Source: Eledone cirrhosa
Lineage: Eukaryota
DNA length: 64,000 nt
Direction of reading: 5' to 3'
Assembly: GCA_964016885.1 (NCBI GenBank)
Contig: OZ024746.1
Coordinates: 57,288,001-57,352,000 of the forward strand
Part shown: positions 1-16,794 of the stretch, piece after piece
How the letters are laid out: the number at the start of each line of letters is the position of its first letter
Numbering within the stretch: the first letter of the stretch is position 1
Program-made: the position numbers and the translations under genes
The notes under the pieces: model-generated
What the model was told of the DNA's origin: nothing
Seen by the model: only the letters and a program-made list of their open reading frames with translations
The model's database searches: none

Positions 1-769
1 AAATACTGGTAAAAGTATAAGGTCACAAATTTAATTGATGTTGTATTCCATTCAATCCATGTAAGTACTCAGCCGTTGCTTTAGTTTAACAAACCAAAGG
101 TTAGGCAAGTGTAGTTGAATTTAGTGAAAGTTGAAATGCCAGCATAATGAATCGCGAACAATTTGGAAGCCATTTTGCATGATGCTCGAATAATCCAGCC
201 AAGCCTCTAATAGTATGTATAGAAAAATCTAGGTCCGAGGAAGTTTTCAACTACATAAAACTAGTGCAACCAGAAATTGTTTAAATTATTTTGATAATTC
301 GTCTGCAGAATGCAATGCACTTTATTGTAAAGAACAGAACATTTCTATTACCATACCATGCGCCTTCTTCATGATATACGATAGCATAACATATTTAGGA
401 TTCCATGTTTTTTTTTCACTACAGTAAAGCATTATAAAGAGATACAACCTGCTACTTGCTAGGCTGTTAAAGAGAGAACTCTGTAAACGATTCATGAGAA
501 AAGGAAAAGAAGCGAAAGCAACGAAGATGAGAAAAATGGAAATAGGGCTACATTATTATCAATATCAATATGTAAGGGCCTAGAGTTATATAAAAACATG
601 ATACCGAAAATACGTGTAAAGATAAGGTTTTATAAAGTGAAATTTATTGCTGAGTTACGTTTTACTGTTTTGGTTCATATTGGCATTTTTTTTATATTTA
701 CGAGTAGATAATGTATAGGCACGCACGCTTAGTAAGACACACGCTCATTTAAACAAACAAATAAACTAA

Positions 770-1171
<402 letters not shown>

Positions 1172-1400
1172 TTCTATTTATTTGCCACGAGGGCATAAAA
1201 GAAGGGGACATTTACACAGTGGGGGAGTTTACATAAATCGAGTAAAGAAAAAAGGAATAACAATAATAATATAACAATAAAAAGTCCTCAAAAGGGAGGG
1301 GGCGTGTTGGGGATTGCACATACCCCCGAAAAGTGTGCAACTCTTTTCGCGGGGGAAGCCCAGAGAGGAGGCGCTCCCCCTTTCCTCTTCACTTCTTCAC

Positions 1401-4400
1401 CTACAGAACAATGTAGAGAGAAGGCCCATTTACACGGGCCATTCTCGCTTCTTTCACCCACCTTTCATAAAACTGTCTGGGACCAAGCACTTCTCTCTCC
1501 ATCCTGATTCTTCTTCCGAAGTGGTATCGGAAGAAGTAAACCAGGTGATGGCCGGAGAGAAAGTCACCCGACCTCAGACCTTTCAGGCGCGTCCACCACA
1601 CAACCTCTTTCATCATGGCTATTACGCACAGAAAGACCGCCTCTGCTTCATTTCTGAAGGGAGGAGGCGGCTTGATGTTCACCACAGACTCGGCGGTTAA
1701 TCGAATCGGCGCCACACGCGACAGCAGTCGTTCGACGTAGCCCCACAGATCGGCAACGCCCGGGCAGTGTACCAGTGCATGCGCAACGGTTTCCTCGTCG
1801 CGCACGCATCTGGGACAGATCTTTTTCGCGGGATCCCTGCCCGGGCGCCCGTGTCTGTAGAGCTTTTCTCGAACGGGCAGAGCCCCCCGGTAACACTGCC
1901 AGGCTAGGGACCTCTGGAAGTTGTCCATGGGTCCCGGGCCGAAAGTTCTACCGAACAGGCTGGCCAGTTCGTCCTCCTCCATGCCTAGCGACTCTCCAAG
2001 GGTGTCGTCGCCCCTGCTAGCCACCAACCCTCTATAGAATGTCGAGGTGGATTCTCCACTGACAGTCGGGTCCGCTTGCCAGATAGCCGTGAGCGCCTGG
2101 GCACACTCAGTGTGCCAGTTGCCCAGTTTTCTCGGTCTTTGCTTCACCCAGGATTGCAGTTCGGTGAGCGAGACGAGCTGTGGGAAGGCTCGCCTCACAA
2201 ACGGGGCCCACACCGGCTGACCGTTGAGGAATACCTGTAGATGCCGTAGCCTCAATGCGTGCCTACGCATCAACAGCCACGGCATACCCAGCCCTCCTTT
2301 CGAAGGGTGCTGGCAGCAGATGGATCTCCTCACCATGGGAGGCCGCTTCTTCCAGAGGAACTGGAAGAGCATGCGTTCCATGATGGTGAGCTTTTCCTTG
2401 GGGCAAGGCACGACGGTCAGGCGGTAGTAGATGACGGACGCTATGTAAGCGTTCGTCACCTCCGCCCGACCTTTCAGTGATAGTTTGCACTTGGCCCACT
2501 TCTGGGTCAGCGCAAACACCCTGCTCGTCACCTCGCCCCAATTCTTCTCCACCTGGAGGTCCGGTCCGAACCAGACCCCGAGCAGCTTCACCGGGCCCTC
2601 CGTCCACCGCCCGACGACACCGTCTAACGGCATCGGTTTGCCCCTCCACGTTCCGAGTTGCAAACCGACTGACTTGTCCTGGTTCAGCTTAGCCCCCGTC
2701 AGCCTTTCGTATTCCTCCAGTAGGGTGGCGATCGCCCCGATTTCCGAGGCGTCCGCCACCATTACTGTTACGTCGTCGGCATAGGCCGAGACCGCTTTGT
2801 GCAATCCCGGTTCCAGGGGTATGCCCCGCAGCAACTCCAACTTCCGCAGCAGTGGCTCGAGAGTCAATACGTACAGAAGGGAGGAGAGGGGGCACCCCTG
2901 TCTGATGGATCGGGTGATTTGAAACGGCTCCGAGAGGTAGCCGTTTACTTTAATCCTAGAGTAGATGTTGCCACTGTGCATGGCAGAAATCCAGCCCCTG
3001 AAAACGGGTCCGAAGCCCGCCGCCGCTAGCACCGCATCCAGGTAACCATGGTCGACCCTATCGAACGCCTTAGATTGATCCAAGTTGATCAGGGCCCCAC
3101 CAAAGCCGGGTTCGTAGCCAACCCTCTCTATGATGTATCGCATGAGGTGGAGGTTGTCGTGAATGGACCTGGACGGGATAGCGCATGTCTGCGCGTCTCC
3201 CACCAAACCACCCACCACAAGCGCCAACCTCTTCGCCAACACCTTGGCCAAAATCTGTAACTCTGTATTCAGCAGAGTTATGGGCCTAAAGTTACTTAAG
3301 TCGTCCCCCTTGCTCTCGTCCTTCCTCACTAGCGTGACCACGCCCTTGGTCACAGAACAGGGAATTCTCCCGTTCTGTTGCCAGTTGCAGTAGACAGCCT
3401 CGAGGAGTTCGGAGAACAAGACCGGCATAGCTAAATAAAGTTCGTATGGTAGACCATCGAGACCCGGGGATTTGCGTCTGCTGCATTGGCTGAGCGCTTC
3501 CCCGATTTCAGTGGCTGTGATTGGCCCTTCGCAGCACTCCGCTTCGCCGCTCGAAAGACGCGGTAGACCGTCGAGGTATGGACCGAAGTCCTCATCCCCG
3601 TCCGGCCCCCCGCCACCTCCGAACAGTCGAGCAAAGTGCCTTTGAAAGGTCTCGCACATTCGCTCAGGTTCAAGGATCACCCGTCCATCCTGGTCTCGCA
3701 AAGACCGAATGGTGGATTTAATCCCACTCTTGGCTTCTGTCACGCGGGCCCAGCTAACAGCTTTGGTCCCCTCGTTTCCTAAAGCACGTATTTTACTTCG
3801 GACAACGCAGCCTTCGTGCTTCGCGTCAAAGAACTGGCTCAATGCCGTTCTCGTCGCTAACACTCTGGCTACGTCTCCGCTTCTAATCGCCTCTTCTAGT
3901 TTATCTGTTAACTCCCTTTCCCTCCTATTTCTATTCGCCGCTAGTTCCTTACTGTAACCTATCGAACTTACTCTAATCTCTCTCTTTAGAGATATCCACC
4001 ACCTACTATTGACGATCGCTCCCGTCAACCGCATCTTAACTAAGCTACTAATCCGGTTTCTGTAATCTTTCTTTGTCGGTAAGGACAAGTTCATCTTCCA
4101 GTAACCGGGACCCTGTCTATGCGTTCTATCAAGGTTGACCACGCAGGTCACTAATTTGTGATCTGAATAGCCAACCATGATCAGTTCTGGACAACTAAAT
4201 ACGTCCCTATCCTTACTCCTAACCAAAAACCTATCTAGGTACGATCTAGATTGTCCACTGCGGTTTGCCCAGGTCCAGGTTGGCGCAGTTGGACAATCTA
4301 GTCGAAATCTATCGACCAGGTCGAATCGATCGAGTAACCCCTTGAGGCTGCTACACCCCCCTCTATCGGGACATGCCCCTGCATAGTCCCAACGCGCATC

Positions 4401-4829
4401 TAGGATTCCATTCCAGTCCCCCACTAAAAGCAGGGAACGCGACGTTCCTAGAAAAGTCTCCAGACGTTGGAAGAAGTCGGCTCTCTCCGCCCCGAAGGGA
4501 GCATAAAGACCGACCAGTCTGAAAGCCCCGCCTTCACCACCTCCGACGTCCAGCACCAGTAATCGACCCCCCGGGTCCGAGTGAACAATCTGTACGTCGA
4601 GAGTCAGACGTTTATCCAGCAGTACGGCAACTCCCCCCCCGCCTCCGGGTTGACAGAGAGATGCGTGCATCTCAAAGTCATCGAAGGCGGGCGCCAGCTG
4701 TCTCACGCTGCTGATCCGACTCTCGCAAACAACCATCACATCTATACTTTGTGACCTGAGGTCACTTAGAAGCTTTGCTTGCTTCCAAGCTGAGCTCAGG
4801 CCACGCGCGTTCAAACAGCCAACTCTCAA
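1401..4829 (-). CDS. ORF2p: apurinic-like endonuclease, reverse transcriptase and C-terminal zinc finger (1142 aa, uninterrupted; starts at TTG)
   Basis: APE motifs LNARGL, GDWN, SYLDRF, YSDH. RT motifs KSPGLDG, FRPITLLN, LDQSKAFDRV, IRQGCPLS, AYADD. Zinc finger CPRC...ETVAHALVHC. Confidence 0.95.
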   Translation of the reverse strand: MRVGCLNARGLSSAWKQAKLLSDLRSQSIDVMVVCESRISSVRQLAPAFDDFEMHASLCQPGGGGGVAVLLDKRLTLDVQIVHSDPGGRLLVLDVGGGEGGAFRLVGLYAPFGAERADFFQRLETFLGTSRSLLLVGDWNGILDARWDYAGACPDRGGCSSLKGLLDRFDLVDRFRLDCPTAPTWTWANRSGQSRSYLDRFLVRSKDRDVFSCPELIMVGYSDHKLVTCVVNLDRTHRQGPGYWKMNLSLPTKKDYRNRISSLVKMRLTGAIVNSRWWISLKREIRVSSIGYSKELAANRNRRERELTDKLEEAIRSGDVARVLATRTALSQFFDAKHEGCVVRSKIRALGNEGTKAVSWARVTEAKSGIKSTIRSLRDQDGRVILEPERMCETFQRHFARLFGGGGGPDGDEDFGPYLDGLPRLSSGEAECCEGPITATEIGEALSQCSRRKSPGLDGLPYELYLAMPVLFSELLEAVYCNWQQNGRIPCSVTKGVVTLVRKDESKGDDLSNFRPITLLNTELQILAKVLAKRLALVVGGLVGDAQTCAIPSRSIHDNLHLMRYIIERVGYEPGFGGALINLDQSKAFDRVDHGYLDAVLAAAGFGPVFRGWISAMHSGNIYSRIKVNGYLSEPFQITRSIRQGCPLSSLLYVLTLEPLLRKLELLRGIPLEPGLHKAVSAYADDVTVMVADASEIGAIATLLEEYERLTGAKLNQDKSVGLQLGTWRGKPMPLDGVVGRWTEGPVKLLGVWFGPDLQVEKNWGEVTSRVFALTQKWAKCKLSLKGRAEVTNAYIASVIYYRLTVVPCPKEKLTIMERMLFQFLWKKRPPMVRRSICCQHPSKGGLGMPWLLMRRHALRLRHLQVFLNGQPVWAPFVRRAFPQLVSLTELQSWVKQRPRKLGNWHTECAQALTAIWQADPTVSGESTSTFYRGLVASRGDDTLGESLGMEEDELASLFGRTFGPGPMDNFQRSLAWQCYRGALPVREKLYRHGRPGRDPAKKICPRCVRDEETVAHALVHCPGVADLWGYVERLLSRVAPIRLTAESVVNIKPPPPFRNEAEAVFLCVIAMMKEVVWWTRLKGLRSGDFLSGHHLVYFFRYHFGRRIRMEREVLGPRQFYERWVKEARMARVNGPSLYIVL

Positions 4830-4834
4830 TTGAT

Positions 4835-6670
4835 CTATTTTGGTGTTGAAAGTGAAGAAAGAAAAGCACTTACCTCTCCGGGTTGCGTAATTTCCATGGC
4901 ATCAGGTGTGTTGGGTGGAGGGATGTTTTGTGGTGGTGTGGGGGTACACGTGTGTGGTGGGGTTGGGGTATTTGGAGTTGTGTCAGGGAGAGGGGCGGTT
5001 ATGGGGAAATCTTTCAAGAGGACGCGATTCAACGGTTTTAAACAGGGGGGGCTCACGTCCCGTCTAAATTGTTCTTTTAAGGAACGATAAAGGTCCAGAG
5101 GGACCTTTATCATTTTTAAATGGGTGAAGTTCTCTGTTGAGATAAAGTTTGGCCCTTCGGTCTGCACCATAGGGTTATTGTTTATTAATTTAACCAGTTT
5201 TTTGTTTTCTTTATTTATATATGTGTATTGCAACGTCTTTTTTTGTGATGCTGTCAATGTTTCGGAGAGGGGAGGCGCAGATTTATTTTTGTTTGTTGAG
5301 GGTTGGGTGTTTTTGATTGGAGTTGGTGTTTGTGTGTGGGTTATTTGTGGTGTGCTGGGTGTGTGTTTTCTTTTTTTTCTTTTAACTTGTCTGAAGGCTT
5401 CTCCTCCTTCTTCTTCAGAAGTTGGGGGAAACTCTTCAGCGCTAGGTGGGAGGGACATGTTGTGTGGTTGTTTTTTTTTTGCGGGAGGGGTAGATTTGTT
5501 ACTGTTTTTTTTATTATTTGTTTGGAATGGGTTTTGTGGTGGTGGTGGTGGTAATGTTTGTGTCGTGCTTGTGGTTGGTAATGGTGGTGGTGATGTTTGT
5601 GTTGTGGTTGGTGGTGGTGATTTTTGTGTCGTGCTTGTGTTTGGTGCTGGTGGTGGTGATGTTTGTGTTGTGTTTGTGGTTGGTGGTGTCTGTATTTTGT
5701 TTGCTGTGTGTGGTATTAGTGTATTTTTGGAGGTGGGTGGTGCTGGTGTACTGTTTGTGGTGGGTGTGGGCAATAGTCCTTTTTGGGGGATACGTTTCGG
5801 GCAGTTAGCCTTAACGTGTCCCCTTTCCATGCATAAATAGCATGCTGGTCTTCTCCCCTCTACAATTATGTCTATTGGGGTAAGGTCATCCAGCCAGATG
5901 CGATCCGGGATTTGTGCTATTCTTTCGGGCCTCATTTGGACTAGTATGTCGAGGCCCATTCCCAGGAACGCATCTCCAGTTGCCTTCCCCATTGACAGCA
6001 TAGTGTCTTCGCCCATATCAATGAAGCCAGCAATAGCCCACCAGAAGTCCATTGTGGGCAGCATTGTTTTTACTTTTATCCTCTGTGTTCTTCTACCCAT
6101 GTAGGAGGGATAGAAGCTATATGTTGTCGACGAGAGTGGGCTTAGGGAAAGCTGAACCGCCGTTTCTTTGTCTCTTGTTAGGACCGAAATGCTGCCATAG
6201 AGTCGGTCCTTTCGTATGAAGAGAATATTCTTCATATAGTCTTTTAGGACTAACTCTATTTCCATTTGGCTGGGCTGTGCTGGCTTTCTTGACTGGTTTA
6301 GTATAGTTCTGTATATAACTGTGTTTTCTACTCTGGCTTTCTTGAATTCTGGGGGGGAGTTAATGGAAAACATTCCGTTCTCCCCCAAAACAATATGTTT
6401 CTTTGCTTCGGCCAGTTTTTCTCTGGCGGCAGTTAGGTCAATTGGTGTGTATGTAATGGATTGCTTTGTTTTCTGGGCGAAAGTTGCCCTGTCGTTATTT
6501 GTATTATTTTCTGTTTGTTTGTTTTCTGTTTGCTCATTTTCCTTAATATTTGTTTTTTCATTTTGTTTGTTTGTTTCAATGTCTAATTTTGTTGTAATTA
6601 TTTTTTGTTCTTCAGACTTGGGGGGCGTGGCAGAGCTAATGGCAGACATGTCTGCCATCTTTTCCGCCAT
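4835..6670 (-). CDS. ORF1p (gag-like nucleic-acid chaperone) of Tx1-type element
   Basis: First ATG at 6670 (MAEKMADM...). CCHC knuckle CYLCMERGHVKANC, then a Pro/Thr-rich linker and a basic KRKKRK patch. Lies directly upstream of ORF2. Confidence 0.88.
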   Translation of the reverse strand: MAEKMADMSAISSATPPKSEEQKIITTKLDIETNKQNEKTNIKENEQTENKQTENNTNNDRATFAQKTKQSITYTPIDLTAAREKLAEAKKHIVLGENGMFSINSPPEFKKARVENTVIYRTILNQSRKPAQPSQMEIELVLKDYMKNILFIRKDRLYGSISVLTRDKETAVQLSLSPLSSTTYSFYPSYMGRRTQRIKVKTMLPTMDFWWAIAGFIDMGEDTMLSMGKATGDAFLGMGLDILVQMRPERIAQIPDRIWLDDLTPIDIIVEGRRPACYLCMERGHVKANCPKRIPQKGLLPTPTTNSTPAPPTSKNTLIPHTANKIQTPPTTNTTQTSPPPAPNTSTTQKSPPPTTTQTSPPPLPTTSTTQTLPPPPPQNPFQTNNKKNSNKSTPPAKKKQPHNMSLPPSAEEFPPTSEEEGGEAFRQVKRKKRKHTPSTPQITHTQTPTPIKNTQPSTNKNKSAPPLSETLTASQKKTLQYTYINKENKKLVKLINNNPMVQTEGPNFISTENFTHLKMIKVPLDLYRSLKEQFRRDVSPPCLKPLNRVLLKDFPITAPLPDTTPNTPTPPHTCTPTPPQNIPPPNTPDAMEITQPGEVSAFLSSLSTPK

Positions 6671-6872
6671 GCTGCCAAGAAAGAAATTTTTCGGCAAAAA
6701 TAGATATTTATTTTACCCCCTAAAAAGGGGGTAAATGCAAAAATGTTTCCCTAAATAACAGGGGTTAGTGTTCCAAATGTGTTGCACTAAAAAATTTATC
6801 CGGTACTTACAATAGTAAGGGTAAATCCCGATGGAATAGCGGAGCCGATGCGAAGCGTGTCTTACTCTATCA

Positions 6873-11292
<4,420 letters not shown>

Positions 11293-11295
<3 letters not shown>

Positions 11296-12190
11296 TTTAT
11301 TTTTTTTTTTTTTTCTAGGGTGGGTAAAATTTCCGAGATCCATGGACGAGTTCTCTCCAGCGGTCTCTGTCCCTCATTATCACTGGCATGTCCTGCGTCT
11401 CCAACAGACAGTGTCTGTCCTTAGGGCATAAACATACGTTAACCATGGTCTTCCTCTGCCACTGTGTCCATGTAGGGGCCCCCACAGGAGCACTGAGTGC
11501 AATGTCAACTTTGGATGCCGGTGAGCATGTCCAGCTCTGTGTCACTTTTGAGCTGACTTTTGGGAGGCTCCCATACAGCTCTGAGTTTTTCATCCTCAAT
11601 GTATACTGATTAATGTTTAGAGCCTTCCTCAGCATTCTCGTGTATCACCCATTCACCATCTGAGTGAGTTTCTTGGTCAGTATCCAAGTCTCGGAACCGT
11701 ACAGCAGCACAGAATCCACTACAGCAATGAAGAGGCGGATTTTCAGGTCCGACTTCCACACCGATCTCAAGCTGTGGCACGCCGCCCAGGCTTTGCTCTT
11801 ACTCTCAACCATATCCCCTTCCATATTCCCAATCTTTGCTCCCAAATACAGGAACTCCTCAACCAATTCTAGCGGCTTCCCGCCTACATTAGTGATCCAC
11901 CAAATCCCAAGTCATTACAGCTGATGGGATGACAGAGTTCTTTGAGATACATTGGCTCCCTACTTTTTTATCATCGTAGTGGACTATTGTATGCGCCTTG
12001 CACTGAAGAAACACGAGGTCTCTGGTTTTTCTGTAGCACCGGCTATGAGCAGGAGAGTTGAGGCGAAAAAGATATCGGGAGGTGAATTAGACGACGACAT
12101 AGCTTTGGTGACAAATACAGTGAAGGAGGCAGAGGATTTGATGCAGCTGGTTGAGACTGTGTTAATGAGTGTGAGACTAAAACAAAATAT
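11293..12190 (-). mobile_element. Degraded RTE-type LINE 3' portion with poly(A) tail and an inverted 5' segment
   Basis: Minus strand 11315-11890 encodes VEEFLYLG, SVLLYGSETW, MLRKALNI and DRDRWRELV, followed by a poly(A) (T-run 11293-11313). Plus strand ~11912-12190 encodes the upstream RT motifs (DTLAPYFFIIVVDYCMR...LDDDIAL). Confidence 0.75.
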
Positions 12191-12198
12191 CTGGTAGA

Positions 12199-12258
<60 letters not shown>

Positions 12259-12415
12259 TCTACCAGACAAGAACTGTTTCATTGGGAGAAATCATCAGGA
12301 ATACCTTTCTTCCGTAGAAGCCATTTCTATATTAAATAATTATACTCTGCTATGTATTGAGTACCTTATTTACTGCGGTTACCCCAGATTGAACCCGGGA
12401 TAAACATATATATAC

Positions 12416-12447
<32 letters not shown>

Positions 12448-12703
12448 GCATGTGTGCGTGTCTGTATATATTTATATATGTGTGTGTCTGCGTATCGGTG
12501 TTTGTGCATGTGTGTATGTGTCTGTGTGTGTGTTTCTGACACCAGCTCTTCATCAAAAATAGAATGAGATATAAAAGAATGACAAGAAGAATTGTGTATG
12601 TGAAGTGATAGTTACGGAAAATATATTTTAGAGAAAAAGCACGTGTGTGTTGAATCAGCCATTTTGGGAAAACAATACAAACACACACATATACACACAC
12701 ACG

Positions 12704-12785
<82 letters not shown>

Positions 12786-13699
12786 AAACTTTTCCTCTGC
12801 CTTTCTGTTAATGTTTGTTTGAGTATCGAAAAATCTAATTTCATTCACATTCATCTAATTTATATTCCAATAGTAATGGAGTATTTAAAGTTTTGTATTT
12901 GTTATCCAAATATAATTATCGTTTAGAAGTATGCAATATTTAGAATATCATAAATGAATATTCAATTTGCAATTTGATTGTTCCGTTTTCAAAATGGCGG
13001 CTAATAATTGTAAAATACCAAAATACATTCCAAGAAACAAATTAAGAATTTCCCTTGTATTTATTTATAAATTGTTTTTTCTTTCTCATTTCATAGGCAA
13101 TAAAATAAAATAAATATAATTTAATAAATATATTAAGGTATTTATTGCTATGGAATATTCAGAGATATAATGAAAGGGAGGGGGACCTAAATAAATTTTA
13201 CTTTGCCGAAATAAATTTACAAAATTTCTTTTAAATCGTTTCGTCTAAATTACCCATAAATATGGAGTTGTTTTAGAATATATGTGAGCTATCTCTAATT
13301 GTCTACACTTCATCAATAGTTCTAACTACATCTTTATTGTTTATTTAATTTTGTTTTGTTTTTCAGAGATATAAATATCTAGTATAGTTTTATAAGTCGT
13401 ATTTCTCTGATTACGTATTTCATCTGAACAACATATTTTGATAGGCTGTTCAGTTTGCGACTGTTAGGTGGAGTCCTTGTGATGTGTTGTGTCCTTAAGC
13501 AGTATATATCATTTCAAGTTTGTATAGTAGTGAATCATTTAGAGTTCTACGTTAAGCGTTTGCGTATCAGTGGAGTTCTTGGCCATTTGCACATTAGATA
13601 TAGTCAGTAGACATAGTTCGGAGACGTGAAGTTTTCCGGATCTCAAGGCAGTGTGTCAGTATGAATTGTGATGTTGTGGAAAAGTGTGTTAGAAATGAC

Positions 13700-14420
13700 G
13701 TTGATGCTGAAAGGAATGAGGGCTGAAAATGTTTCTATGAAAGACTGAAGAATGTAGTGAATGAATGAGAGGAAGAGAAAATACAACGAACAAAAAAGAC
13801 AGCCAATGAAGTCAGGAGTTCTAGAGATAAAGCAGCAACAAAAGATACGAAAATTGATAAAGTTGTATCACTATCAGAGATAGTTATTGAGAACCTATAA
13901 GCATTGGGAGAACTATGAGTCAAAATATTCACCCACATAGTCAAGCAGGTAATACAACACGGTGTCATACACAATGACTGCCGCAGCAATATCAAAGCTG
14001 ATACTCTAGAAAGAAACAACTATAGAGGAATAAAACTAATGGACCAAGTTACGAACGTCATGGAAAGAGTTATAGTAAAACTAATTATAAAAAGAATCAA
14101 ATTAGACGTGATGCAGTTTGGATTCATGGCTGGGAAAAGTACTACAAACGCCTTCCTTTTTATTGAGGCAGCTCGAGAGAAGTTCGTAGCCAACGAATCA
14201 GTCATTTTATCTATTTAGCTTTGAGCTAGAAAAACATTTGACAATACCCCGATACTTTATCTGGTGGTCCTTAAGGGAATTAGGTGTAGCAGAATGGTTC
14301 CTGAGAGCAGTGCAAGCCATGTACAGAGGAGCTATCAGCAAAGTGAGATTTGGAAATGAGTTTAGTGAAGATGTCAAGGTACAAGTAAGAGTTCAACATG
14401 GTTTGGTTCTTAGAAAGAAT
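13700..14420 (+). pseudogene. Degraded RTE-like reverse transcriptase fragment
   Basis: Broken frames read NYRGIKLMDQV...MQFGFMAGKSTT and IWWSLRELGVAEWFLRAVQAMY...SKVR. Confidence 0.7.
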
Positions 14421-14582
14421 CAAAGTTGGAGGGTTTTCAATTCATAGTTGGTAAACAAAGAAATAAATTCCTATAGCCCGCCATAATGCAAATCTATCAG
14501 AACAGGTTGAAATAGGCGTGAAATTTATCGATCCATTTGTTGGAGCAAGAAATGCGTTCATATTCTATTATATCACTGAACA

Positions 14583-14787
14583 AGGTAGTGCTTTGGCAGA
14601 ACTGGTAGGGTTTTGTATAAATTTCCATTACGATATATGTTTCGGTTCTTTACATTCGGAGTTCTAATCCCGCCGTAGACAACATTATCTTTTAAATAAA
14701 ATCCCAGTCAGAATCTAGGGTTGATATAATTGAAATTCTCCCTCCCAACAAATTGATGATATTGTGTATGAATTAGAAAACATTATA
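14583..14787 (+). mobile_element. Degraded tRNA-derived SINE (same family as 18770-18955)
   Basis: A-box-like TGGCAGAACTGG, B-box-like GAGTTCTAATCCC, and a 3' end ...TTGTGTATGAATTAGAAAACATTAT collinear with the better-preserved copy. Confidence 0.55.
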
Positions 14788-15413
14788 TACATTCAGTGAA
14801 GCATATACATACATCAACTTTATTAAGAGGAATGAAATTATGACGTGATTATATATGTTAAAAAGGGGATATAAGTAAACATGCCTGAACGAGGGCGCTT
14901 TTTATGATATGATGACATAAAAATAGGGATTCACATTCTGAATATGGCGAGAGGGTGAATGAAAATATTTCAGTAAAATGAGACAAACCACGCATGAAAT
15001 TTCGAATATTCGATTGATTATGTGTTACATATGCCATAATACATTTTCATTGCTTCTTTGCATTGAATTGAATTCAATTGTTTTTAGAAATTCACAAAAT
15101 TCACCACGAGATCTGATCGATTATTGAACATGTTACATCAGACATGTATTATTATCATCAACAGAAACTCCCTACTCCTTTAATGATATCACAAATTAAT
15201 TGATGTTTATCCATATTACTGCTCATTTCATTATTTCAATTCTTTTGCTATTGTATCTGTTGTTATTTATGTTGTTGATAGTTTTCTTCACGACTCCTGT
15301 ATTTTTCCTATAATGCTTGGTTTTCTAATTCGTCTTCACTTCGTTATTAACTCTAATGACAGTTATTCAGTTATCTTGCGAAAAACAAAGAATAAATGCT
15401 GATATTATTAACA

Positions 15414-15437
15414 TTGCTGCTGCTGCTGCTGCTGCTG

Positions 15438-15486
<49 letters not shown>

Positions 15487-15554
15487 CAATATTCTTTATT
15501 TTTATTATTATTAATAGTTGTAGCAAGAGTAGAAACAGCTGCAGCAACAGCAAC

Positions 15555-15625
<71 letters not shown>

Positions 15626-15698
15626 AAGCATCAGCATCAGCAGTAGTAGTAGTAGTAGCAGCAGCAACAGCAGCAGTAGTAGTAGTAGTATCAGTAGC

Positions 15699-15741
<43 letters not shown>

Positions 15742-15758
15742 ATAGTAGCAGCAGCGGC

Positions 15759-15823
<65 letters not shown>

Positions 15824-15944
15824 GAGCAGCAGCATCAGCAGCAGTATTAGTAGTAGTAGTAGTAGTAGTAGTAGCAGCATCAACAGCAGCAGTAGTAGTA
15901 GTAGTAGTAGTAGTAGTAATAGTAGTAGTAGTACTAGTAGTAGC

Positions 15945-15990
<46 letters not shown>

Positions 15991-16002
15991 GTAGTAGTAG
16001 TG

Positions 16003-16049
<47 letters not shown>

Positions 16050-16100
16050 TGTAGTAGTAGCAGCAGAAGTAGTAGTAGCAGTAGTAGTAGCAGCAGCAGT
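15414..16100. repeat. (CTG)/(CTA)n tract followed by a long (AGT)/(AGC)n trinucleotide tract in the opposite orientation
   Basis: Directly visible. The poly-Ser, poly-Val and poly-Leu ORFs are artefacts. Confidence 0.95.
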
Positions 16101-16467
16101 AAGATGTAGAAGTGGTGGGGTACAGTTGGTAACAGCGTACTTAAAGAAAACAGAAAATGAAAGCGATCATGAGAATGATGATGATGATGAGAAGGGGGAG
16201 GACGACTACGAAGGGGAGAAGGAGGAAGAGAATAATGGATAGAAATTTGAAGAGGGCGGCGGCGGCGATTGTTATAATGGAGTCGTATGACTTGTGTTGC
16301 TGTTGATATCGATAATAACAGTGATAATTATATACAATTGCAATAGCAATAACACGAGTAGCACAAACAACACCCACGATCTTGACAATGGTAATACGTC
16401 TAAATTTCAATTCAATATTACATAGCATGTTCTGAGTTTGTATCTTTTATCGTTATATCTTTCTCTA

Positions 16468-16506
<39 letters not shown>

Positions 16507-16513
16507 GCCTGTG

Positions 16514-16573
<60 letters not shown>

Positions 16574-16584
16574 TATATATATAT

Positions 16585-16671
<87 letters not shown>

Positions 16672-16794
16672 AAGTTATATTTAAAATTGTTGGGTTACAA
16701 CTAGTAAATATTTATAACTGATATAAAAGCACTCGACAAATACTTGGAGTATATTTACAATATTACATAAATGGAAAACTATATTTATAAAACC

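Larger units (their letters stand above)
1172..6872 (-). mobile_element. Full-length L1/Tx1-type non-LTR retrotransposon (family T1) inserted in a (GATA)n microsatellite
   Basis: Has a 5'UTR, ORF1, ORF2 and a 3'UTR ending ...CCCTCGTGGCAAATAAATAGAAA on the minus strand. (GATA)n lies on both sides, and both tracts end in ...GATAGATAAAT (1140-1171 and 6873-6904), consistent with a target-site duplication. Confidence 0.92.

Noticed and set aside
1304-6734. Antisense ORFs overlapping the retrotransposon ORFs (also throughout 21.8-49.5 kb)
   Set aside because: Shadow frames of GC-rich or low-complexity coding sequence with no motifs.
12990-13002. AAAATGGCGGC YY1-like motif
   Set aside because: An isolated motif with no gene or other promoter evidence.
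15371-16242. Poly-Ser, poly-Val and poly-Leu ORFs
   Set aside because: Trinucleotide repeat with no supporting exon structure.
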